A stretch of 64,000 nucleotides of DNA, from contig CM106585.1 in the NCBI GenBank assembly GCA_048013815.1, forward strand, positions 22,320,001 through 22,384,000, read 5' to 3'. The position numbers and the translations under genes are program-made. The stretch's first letter is position 1; each line of letters starts with the position of its first letter. Below are positions 50,601 through 60,096 of the stretch, one piece after another. The DNA comes from Setoptus koraiensis. Lineage: Eukaryota; Animalia; Arthropoda. The notes beneath the pieces are model-generated. The model was not told where the DNA came from. It saw only the letters and a program-made list of their open reading frames with translations, and made no database searches.

Positions 50601-52258
50601 TGGCTCACGGTGCACAATTTCAATTTCAACAAGGCAGAGCCTCGGCCGGGCAGTTGCGTTGACAATTCACTGTCATTGAGCGACTCTTATGTAACATTTA
50701 TGCGCACCCATCCACTGATGGATTCGGCCGTGGCCCACGAAAATGGCAAGCCAGTTTTCTACAGGCGCGATGTTATGTTTACAAAGATTGTTGTTGACAC
50801 TATTGATATTGATGGCGTTAATTACACAGTGTATTTTGCTGGCACAAACACCGGTCACATTTACAAGATAGTCGAATGGTACACGCCGGTGTCGCAACAG
50901 CAAATGATGTCACAGCAACAACAGGATAATAACAACAACAATGACGCAACAGGCTCCCAAAACAATCAGGCCAACAATGCAAATCCCAATTACAGGCAGC
51001 AATCTCAGTCAAATTTGGTAGAGATCATAGAGGCCACCACACCTGAGCCAGTGAAGGCCATTGAGATTAGTACCAGACACAAGTCGTTGTATGTTGCGTC
51101 AGAGTCACAAGTGAAACAAATTAGTTTGTTGAATTGCAAGCAACGGCACGACAATTGTCTTCAGTGTATCAGGGATCCCTATTGTGGCTGGGACAGAGAC
51201 AAGCAAGAGTGCCGCCACCTGTCGTCCGTCGGGTAAGTGCCACATAACTCTAGATCATGATTTTTATTAATTACATAATTATTTTTACATCTATAATTAA
51301 TTGTTATATTCGTATCTGCGTATATCGCCATTCCAATCGTCCACGTACAGCCCGAACGTCATCCAGGATGTCACCAACGACACGCCGTACATTTGTCACA
51401 ACAACATCAAACACAAAGAGGTACGCGTCACATGGGGCCAGAGTGTCCATTTGGCCTGTCCAATTAGTTTGTCGCTTATAAGTGGCGATTTGCAATCTAG
51501 AGAACGGGAACAGCAACAAATCAACTCGTTTGCCATCATGAGGCAACAGCAACAATTGCAACAGCATTTTGACATGGATCAACAGCAGCAACAGCAACAA
51601 CAAATGGACAATTTGTTTGGAGTGACCAATTATATCAGTTGGTATTATCACAGTAGAGAGGCCTCGGCGCAAGGAATACCCGTTTTGCAACGTCGTGATA
51701 AATTTATTTTGGCCGCAGATCAGGGACTTGTCATAATGAGCGCCAATCAGGCCGGATGGTACGAGTGCCGGTTAGGCTCGCAAACAATTTACAGATACAA
51801 TGTGATCGTAGATACGAGTAAGTTGGCGCCACAATCACATCTCGCTTATTTTATTTTATTGATCTCTCACAAGACTAATTATCTCTCGCAACGATTAACT
51901 CTCATATTAATCAACTCTTTTCCTCCAAATCTATTGTCTTTTGTGTATAGAAACTTGCTCAACTCCCAGTGAGAACGAATTCAAGCAAATTTACGCCGAT
52001 TGGTGCAGAGAAATGAACAAATACAAACAGTCCTACAGGCAGTATCAGGCCAATCTAAACGTGAGTTATTGCACATTAATTAACACGTGCCATCATCATC
52101 ATATGTATCAATTATAAGTTTGCTAATTGTTTGTCTACTCTTTTCTCATTCTTTATTGAATCTTTCGTATATAGAGATGCCAGCAGAATAGCATGCCAAA
52201 TCAGCCCATCATTGGCCCGGATTCTAATTACAATGGTGGAATGAGTGCAGATTCCTGA
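47651..52258 (+). CDS. Sema2a: Semaphorin-2A-like secreted semaphorin (Sema-PSI-Ig, no TM segment), 5'-partial, 10 exons
   Basis: Exons 47651-47713, 49115-49225, 49343-49442, 49581-49742, 49843-49964, 50148-50259, 50440-51232, 51351-51817, 51951-52060, 52175-52258. All introns are GT-AG and phases are compatible (2124 nt, 707 aa plus TGA). Class-2 semaphorin motifs: [113 protein letters not shown] (PSI), GQSVHLAC...YECRLG (Ig), IYADWC. The signal-peptide/N-terminal exon(s) were not confidently located. The 2a versus 2b assignment is unresolved. Confidence 0.95.
48129..48200. repeat. 18-bp tandem repeat (GGCCACTCTGCCGATTNN) x4 in a Sema intron
   Basis: Units start at 48129, 48147, 48165 and 48183. 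Confidence 0.9.
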
Positions 52259-53043
52259 TAAACAGTTACATCGATGGGCATCGATTCATCGGTTCATCGA
52301 ATCTCAGCTCAAACTCTCTCATCCGTACACTATTTTTGATCTCAAAAAAGCATCACTTGTTGTTGTTGATTGTTGTTATTAATTAATATATGATAATATG
52401 AAGAGACTATTATAATCAGATAGATTATGATACTATAAAAGATTATTTTGCACTGGCAATCCAAACACTGCTGACATAGCGCCACAATGTCTGCCACAAT
52501 CAATCACAATTGTACCTATGCTAGGCACCCTAAATTAATTAGCAATTCTAGGTGAAAAGAACTAATTACATGGATGAATGCTGTGACTTTTCTTGATCAT
52601 GATCAATTATTATTTATAAACACAGACACACACCTAAATGTAAAATCCATCCATTTGTTCTCATGTCATGGAAAATATCTTAAACTGTGATAAGAACTGC
52701 TACAATTAAAATGAGTAAAACACTACTTATACAACCATTACATGATCACTAGCAGACAACAAAACACTGCTGCTTGGAACAATGGAATGCGAGTGATAAC
52801 AATACAACTATAGCCACACCAGTTTGGGATATGCCAACAATAACATTGATGAACTCATCATTGAGTAACAACTATGTGTATTAGTCCCAAATTTGTCGGA
52901 AAGGCTACATTCAAGAATTCTAGTGATCTCATTCAGAAGCGCAAGATATTATGTAATATCAAAACAATACATTAGTAATTTATACAAGGCTCGCGCTCTC
53001 AGTCCTAATTGAATAGAGTCGATGCTGTACTTCATCATATTTG

Positions 53044-53049
53044 AATAAA
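53044..53049 (+). terminator. Candidate polyadenylation signal for the semaphorin transcript
   Basis: First AATAAA I found downstream of the Sema stop codon (52258). ATTAAA variants occur near 52763 and 53056. Use as a poly(A) site is not demonstrated. Confidence 0.35.
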
Positions 53050-53154
53050 AACAATTATTAAAGATGATTATACAAAAACAAAAACTAGACAGTCGACAGT
53101 TAATATTGTCGAAACTAAAAGTGCTTTTATCATTATTGTTTTTACAATTGATCA

Positions 53155-55290
53155 CTAAAATTTCTTGAGGCAATTAGATACAATCTCTCTCAGTTGTAAA
53201 CGAACTGCAGATTCGGCACATATTATGTGAGTTTGAGCATCTTCTACGTGGATCAAGGCTTGTTCGCGCACCAAGTTCACCAATTTCCCTACTTTGGCAC
53301 CTTCAACGATCGGGTCTGTGATTCCGTATTGGGCCAGTTCTTTAATTAGTGTATTTATTTGCAGGGATCCGTAAAGATAATCACTGGGTGGCGCCGCGGA
53401 CTTGATAGCCAAAGCTATTTGGGCACCACTGTTGTGAGAGGGTCCAGAGGAATGATTAGCTAGCTGTTGTTGAAGTTGTGCCTTATCCAATGGATATAAG
53501 GTAAATTTATTGTCTCTGGCATATATGGAGCCACTGACCGTCGCAAAACTCAAACCAGGTTTTATCTCTCGTTGAATAATATTTGAGGCTAAACTGGCAT
53601 CTATTTCGATCCGCTCAAAAGTCGCTTTGATACTTGGCAAATCCAATATCTCTTTGTTATTGTAAGTGTGCAACGTTATCTGGGCTGCTTTCCCATTGGT
53701 CTTAAGTGTGTTGGAACTTTCGCCATTAGAAACATCTTCTTGATCTTCGCCAGGTAGTTCTATCATCAGATCGCTAGTAGAGGCACCAAAGAATTGTTGA
53801 GAACATTGAGTGTAGACATGAGGTACTATCAAGTTAGTGGGCTTGAACTCCTGTGAGATTAATTTGTTGGCTTGTTTAAAGTTCCAATTTGTATCTATTG
53901 GACAAAATAGTGCACGCATGGCCATAGGCTGATAAGGTAATATTGCCTCTTGCCAAGGGTAGTCGGGTTCGGTAAGTATAAGAAGATTTTTGCTTGATTG
54001 ACTCCATAGTTGCATGAAATGGACTACATCACCGAATCTCAATGAAGGATGACTAGTAAACACCACGCAGGGGCTTCTGAATTCATCATTGAAAGCCGAG
54101 TCACTAACACAAGAATAATGCTTCAATCGTCCGCATCTTACCAATTGCGAATGCATAAATGGTTCCTCTGGTATAAAAACTCTTGATTGCTTGGCCTCAG
54201 TTAGCCATTCTCCTAGAATGTTTGAGTATGCGAGCGATGAGTCTGCCATTGGGGACAGAAAATAGATGGGCACAGAGGCCAAGCTGGAATTGGTCAGTTG
54301 TAGTGAAATACATTCAATGAGATCGTATATAACACCGCACGGATAACAAGGTAGTAATACATTGCCGCCGTTTTTGACAGCATTAATGGTATTGTTGCAC
54401 AATTCACCTAACATGTTGTCAGGATTTATACATGGTGTAGGCGTTAGATTTGATAATATCATGACATCGGCGTTGCATAGTGGCTGCGTCTCAAATTTTG
54501 TAGGATGTGTTGTAAGTGTCGAGGTTTGCGACATGTAAACTACCTTCTCGTGGGCGCTCTTCATAACCCAGTTACAAGAGCCTATACAATATCCCGAACT
54601 GTGGGCGGATATCTCGAACATACCAAACACATCGATAGATTGTGAGAAATTGATAATTTTCAATTTAGATAGGCAGGCATTTAATTCTTTCATAGTGTAC
54701 AGTTGATGCCAACGTTTTGGATCGCTGTCCATGATGTGATGGGTCTTGTGTTTGGTTGGCAAAGGAATAAGCGTGTGTATCTTCTTCCATAGATGTGCTC
54801 TCTTTGGTCTGGGTGTACGCTCAATCAGTCTGATCATCTCCTCCATCATAATCTTGCCAAAATGATAAGTGGGCTCTGTGACGTAAATACTGCCATCGAA
54901 TTGCATGTACTCTGTGAGGTAAGGCAAAGCAAACATACACAAATAGTTGGAGATGAGCACAACATCTATCCTTTTTATGTCTATAATGTCTGTGTCAGGT
55001 ATACAAAACTCTGGCGATGAATCTATACAAACGTGGCCTGATGTGCATTCTTTTAGCTCATACTCTAGCTGTCTGAATTCCCTATAATTGAACGAATGCT
55101 CGATCAGTTTCTCACGTGGTGGAGACCAATTTGGCAAGGATGACATGTGTTGATTGTGCACAATAGACAATGGAATAAAAGATAATGTCGACACCAGATC
55201 CAGGCTACAATCCAGCATAACAAGGGTATTTCTAAATTGTACAACATTGCAGGGCTTGTTGGGGTCTCCGCTGAGATTGTAAAATTTCAT
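53155..55290 (-). CDS. IntS9: Integrator complex subunit 9 (beta-CASP/MBL family, catalytically inactive), intronless, 711 aa
   Basis: Single ORF. MKFYNLSGDPNKPCNVVQFRNTLVMLDCSLD, DVVLISNY, SSGYCIGSCNW, GGNVLLPCYPCGVIYDLIECI, FTSHPSLRFGDVVHFMQLW, FCPIDT and the C-terminal CLKKF all match INTS9 as I recall it. ATG at 55290; TAG at 53155-53157. Confidence 0.96.
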   Translation of the reverse strand: MKFYNLSGDPNKPCNVVQFRNTLVMLDCSLDLVSTLSFIPLSIVHNQHMSSLPNWSPPREKLIEHSFNYREFRQLEYELKECTSGHVCIDSSPEFCIPDTDIIDIKRIDVVLISNYLCMFALPYLTEYMQFDGSIYVTEPTYHFGKIMMEEMIRLIERTPRPKRAHLWKKIHTLIPLPTKHKTHHIMDSDPKRWHQLYTMKELNACLSKLKIINFSQSIDVFGMFEISAHSSGYCIGSCNWVMKSAHEKVVYMSQTSTLTTHPTKFETQPLCNADVMILSNLTPTPCINPDNMLGELCNNTINAVKNGGNVLLPCYPCGVIYDLIECISLQLTNSSLASVPIYFLSPMADSSLAYSNILGEWLTEAKQSRVFIPEEPFMHSQLVRCGRLKHYSCVSDSAFNDEFRSPCVVFTSHPSLRFGDVVHFMQLWSQSSKNLLILTEPDYPWQEAILPYQPMAMRALFCPIDTNWNFKQANKLISQEFKPTNLIVPHVYTQCSQQFFGASTSDLMIELPGEDQEDVSNGESSNTLKTNGKAAQITLHTYNNKEILDLPSIKATFERIEIDASLASNIIQREIKPGLSFATVSGSIYARDNKFTLYPLDKAQLQQQLANHSSGPSHNSGAQIALAIKSAAPPSDYLYGSLQINTLIKELAQYGITDPIVEGAKVGKLVNLVREQALIHVEDAQTHIICAESAVRLQLREIVSNCLKKF

Positions 55291-55646
55291 CTTGGTCAAA
55301 TGTGTTTGACGTAATAGTGGTTTCGAAGATAACAATAGTCTAGATTGTCTAATATACTATCTATGTATATATGTGTATATATTATTTCTCCTTCAGGTTT
55401 CACTGTGACGAATGTCCTGCAATCCCTCGTCTAATCATGATAGTGTCGTATCTTACTGAATAGTTGTTACAGTTGTATTAATAGATAGTAATAAATAAAT
55501 ACCATAAATATATTATTGTTGATAGTCAAATTGGCAAAATCCAATGGAAAAGAATATGATCATGAGATACATGTAAAACATGTGATGACGCCCGTGTGCT
55601 ACGACAGAATATGCATTCACTAAAACTTACAATTTAACACTGTGGT

Positions 55647-55719
55647 GGTCGGCTAGCTTAGTCGGTAGAGCGTCGTGCTAATAACGCGAAGGTCGTGGGT
55701 TCGATCCCCACGCTGACCA
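55647..55719 (+). tRNA. tRNA-Ile, anticodon AAT (read as IAU), intronless
   Basis: GGTCGGCTAGCTTAGTCGGTAGAGCGTCGTGCTAATAACGCGAAGGTCGTGGGTTCGATCCCCACGCTGACCA. Acceptor stem GGTCGGC/GCTGACC; anticodon arm TCGTG-CTAATAA-CGCGA with AAT at 55680-55682; T arm GTGGG-TTCGATC-CCCAC; A and B boxes intact. Confidence 0.97.
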
Positions 55720-55723
55720 CGTC

Positions 55724-55729
55724 TTTTTT
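55724..55729 (+). terminator. RNA polymerase III oligo-T terminator of tRNA-Ile
   Basis: T6 run starting 5 nt after the discriminator base. Confidence 0.8.
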
Positions 55730-58700
55730 GCATTTTCTTTTGCTACTTCCACAACTTTATCTCGCAAGATAATTTACATTGATGCAACACATTTTTGACA
55801 TGCAATTCAATTTACCTTTACCTTTTGCTCTTCTCATTTTTATTTTTGTACCGGGTGGCAAGCACACAAAATTCGGTCGCTATGCTAATCATCCTAATCA
55901 GCGGATTGCGCAATCCGTAATCAACTAATTAACTAGCTGGCAGCTTCAGCCACACAACAAGTCGATTGGAATGCATTTTCAACTAGATACCTGAGATATT
56001 GATAGCTCGTATTTCACGACCTCGATGAGTCTGGCTAAATGTTGCTGTTGAAAGCTTTCGAAAGGACACATTTCGTGACACGATATACAAGCCAAGTCGA
56101 GATTTCGATGAGGCCCACTTAGTCATTGTATCATTCTGTGGCCTTGGCGCAAGATGCAAACGCGAACTTGAATTTAGTAAGGCTCACTATCCTGGTCCTG
56201 GCATGTCGAAGCAAACAGACCAACAGTCAAGATATGAATAAAACAAACACTAATGCAGGCACAGAGTAGTGGTCAGAAGCAATGTAACAGCGCCCTCCGA
56301 AATATCCCCATCTCAATCTATCATTTGGGGAGGGGGGATCGCTGCAAGTTATCAAGGTAAGTGTTTGTCCATGTTGTGCTCGCATGCACTTACAAGATTA
56401 TCAAATAATATCATATAATAGGTATGGCGAATAGGCATATCCTTGAAATGGTTATGGAATTATGGGTGATTTCGATGTGACTGTTGTTATTAGTGTTTAG
56501 TTTTGAGACCAGCAGCAATATCTGGCAAGTGCCGGCCAGTGATTTGGGCAACAATTAAATAATTCAGTCAGAAATGCGAATACTGGCAACTGTCGATCGA
56601 GCGTTGTTGTTTCAATAATTGATATATTGCAAAAACAGAGCAATAATAACTGGCATTTCACTGGAAACAGGATTGTTGGCGATCTAGCCAGCAGGCAATT
56701 AGTTTTGTGTTGAATTTTGGCTGGCCTTTTCGATTGTAACGGGAACGCGACAGACCATCAAGGCCTGTTGTTTGTTTTGTCCAATTGTGTTGTTTGTGGA
56801 TTGACGCGGACAATTATGCTGCATTGCTGTTTCAATATACACTGATATATTAAATATTACAGCATGCGTATATAGCGCAGAGACAATAATTTTATACTCT
56901 TGTTGCTCGACGAGAAAGTGTCCGACGGCACGCACTTGTTTCTTCCTGTGTCATGATTCAACAGCCAAGAGAATCGTTAGCGAGAAAGATAATAATGGTC
57001 AGTTTTGTGTTCTGATTTTCTCTGACATTGCAAGTGTATCGGTTGTTTGACAAAAACAAACAACATCAATGTCCGTGATGTGAATGCCAGTGACACAAGT
57101 GTCGGATAGAGGAAATAATCATGACAGCAGCAATTGGCCAGTTCGTTTGGCATGGCAATAGCTAGAATTCATTACAAGATCATTACGTGAAACAAGGCCG
57201 ATAGCTGCAGACAATCAATATCATACAAAACAGAGATTTGTGTTTGGTATGATTTGTGTGTCGCAACATGATTGGCCACGCATTGGCCACGCATTGACCT
57301 CGGATTGGCCGCGGATTGGCAGACGGATTGGCAGACGGATCCGAAGGTTTTATAGGGCAGCCTAGGGTGAGTGGCCGAAATTTATACGGGCCCACAAGTG
57401 AATGCACGAAGCAGCAACAAGCCGGCAGCAACAGGTAAGTTGCGTCATTATTTGTACTGTTATAATGCAGTGATATTGTTGCATCATTTGTCAGTGATCG
57501 GTGTATCGGTGACACATCAACCGCTGTTTTGTCGCATCCTAAACACACCAATCTGGCGCTAGTGAAACCCGTTCGATCGCTGTCACTTGAATGGCACTGT
57601 CAGTTGATTGTTTTTGCTCTGAAACAAACAAAACAAACTGCAACAACAAACAACAATAAATCAAATCAAGTTAGCCGCAGCATTACAACCGTGCCATTTG
57701 CAACAGTTGACCGAGCCATTAACCGAGCTGGCCAACTGCCGTTTATATGTCATGCTATGTGCGATATGGAACAGCAAGCTCGGCTGCTGCGACACATTTG
57801 TGCAATTTGTGGCGACAACAGGTGTCCTTGGTTGATTTATCGAGCTAACAGAGTCACATTGCCTCAGAATAATGAATAATCTAATATGAGCTCGATGGCC
57901 GGCGATCGCCAGTTGCGTTCTATTTACCGATAGGTTTCCGAACGGTCGCCATTACAAGCGAGTTGTAACGGCATTGTAATGGGGCGAGATAACGGTTGAC
58001 TTTTGACAAAAGTTTTGTGCTGGCACAATCGACTGCATCGACTGTGGCAGCATTAGATGCAGCCAGCTTACCTGTCGAGCCTCCAACTTTTACCACCAAC
58101 TTTTCGTTGTGATTCGTGTGGTCTGAGGTGACACTTTCGCAATTTAAATCCCTTTCCAGTTGCAAGCCTCGAGTCAATCAATTGTGCGGCCGATCTGGCC
58201 AGCGGTGGGCCGAGTCGGGCTCAGTTGTTGTGATACATGATAAAATAAAACAGAAACATGTGGACTTGCTGTGTCCAGTATCAGTGTCTTTTGTCAGTAT
58301 TTGTCACTGTCGTGGTTGCTTGCAAAACTCAAAACTTTCGAATCAATCTGCGTTGTTTGTAATTGTTGTACAGCCTGTATCTATTACATGTGTCGTGCCG
58401 TGTGATACTCTCAATTGTCGAATTGAACTTGGCTCAAGTGGCTCCGCTTGAAATCGACTTTGTTTGCCAACTGTGTTTCTATTTGGCAACTCGATTTCTG
58501 CTCACAGCAACACTGTTTCTGCTGGCGAACTCGACGCAGCCAGATACACGCAGCCGACTCACAAGTCAGACAAGTATATTTAGGGTGAGTTTTTATTTAA
58601 AACACGAATAATAATTCATTCATTTGCTCTCTGACTCGCAGCGAAAGGTCTAAATAAATTTATCTTTTATTTTATTTTATTTTAATTTATTTTATTTTAT

Positions 58701-60096
58701 CGTAGTAGCTTGCAGTGGCGGTGGCAGCAAGCGCAGCGCCGATACCAGCGAACAAGCGCCAAACAATAGCAACAACAACAACAGGTACTGTCAAGTTTGC
58801 TCAGGTAGCTCAGGTAACACTGCTACACAGGTAACAGCTACATGCTACAGGCCACAGGCTACACACTTGGAGCTGCAAGCTACAACAGGTAACTTTCGCT
58901 AGACACACGCCAACGACGACAACAACTTTTATATATATACTGTGAGTGGTAATGGTGTGTTCACACGAGCCAAACAATAATAACTGTAACTATTCTAGAG
59001 AGCAGCCACTCGTCGAGACAACAGAGAAAAACTTGTCTCAACAGCAGCAGCAGCAATACATTTCGAATCGGATATAGTTAGACAATTGCTAACTACGGGC
59101 ACTTAGTCAACGCTAACACTGTTATTTTTGCACACCGACACACACACTGTTAAGCGACTCAATAAATGGAAGCCAATGAAGATCTCAAGACAGTGTGTGC
59201 AGTTTATTAGCGCCAGCAACAAGTCGAACACAAGTGAAAACATCCGATTAGACAACAGATAAGAGTCAGTGATCTCAAATCAAATCAAACTGCCAGCACC
59301 CGACACCAACAGCAACAACGACAACAACAACAACAACAGCAACAACGACAACAACAACAACAACTACACGACGTGCAAAAGGAACGTGCCAACAATACCG
59401 CCATAACACCAGCATAATAGCGCCATAATACAGGCGCTAATAATACTCGGCCACTCGTACACAAACGGCTCGTCAGCGTGCGAATTGCAAATCAATTCTT
59501 CATTTCTTCGCTAGTCGCCATGAATAGAATTATTGTTGTTGTTCCACTAGACAAACAACAACAATCCACAACCGTTATCTGCTGTTGCACACTGTCGGAA
59601 TTCAGTTGATCGTTACACTGAACACGGCCAATTGCGTGTGCAAACAAACCCCCAACACAGACCCCAATAAACTGACAACTGACAAAAAGAGTTAACAAAG
59701 AGAGAATCATCACTATATTTATTCACCTGTTTCTTACAGCGCTCTAACTGGTTATTTTGTGCGCCGATACGCAATTCGAGCAACACTACAGTAACGAGTA
59801 ATTTATATTAGATCACGATCACGTTGTTATTATTTTCTCTTGCCGCCTTTCCAGCAGTGTGCGTGTCGCCCCCCCAGCCGCCCGAAACATCGCATGTGCT
59901 CATATCCGATCCAATGATCCAATGATCCAATGATCAAGCAAATGACAATGCTATAAATATATCAGAAACATTCAACAGTGCACATCGGAAGTGAACCGCA
60001 AGTCATCGAGAGATGGCAACTTGTTAGCGACAAGCACAACAACACGCATCACAATTAATCACTGCGAAAAGTTAAATAATCAAGATAAACACAATT

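Noticed and set aside
51301-51972. ORF-track starts and ends for the semaphorin pieces (also 49109, 49761, 50118, 50610)
   Set aside because: These frames run into introns; true boundaries were set by GT-AG sites and homology.
55291-55335. 15-aa N-terminal extension of IntS9 in the ORF track
   Set aside because: It begins at a non-ATG codon, and homology starts at the ATG at 55290.
55930-58200. Possible ncRNA or extra exons between the tRNA and the DM13 gene (donor-like AG|GTAAGT near 56357 and 57434)
   Set aside because: No coding homology and no snRNA, snoRNA or miRNA motif that I could recognise; isolated donors are not evidence.
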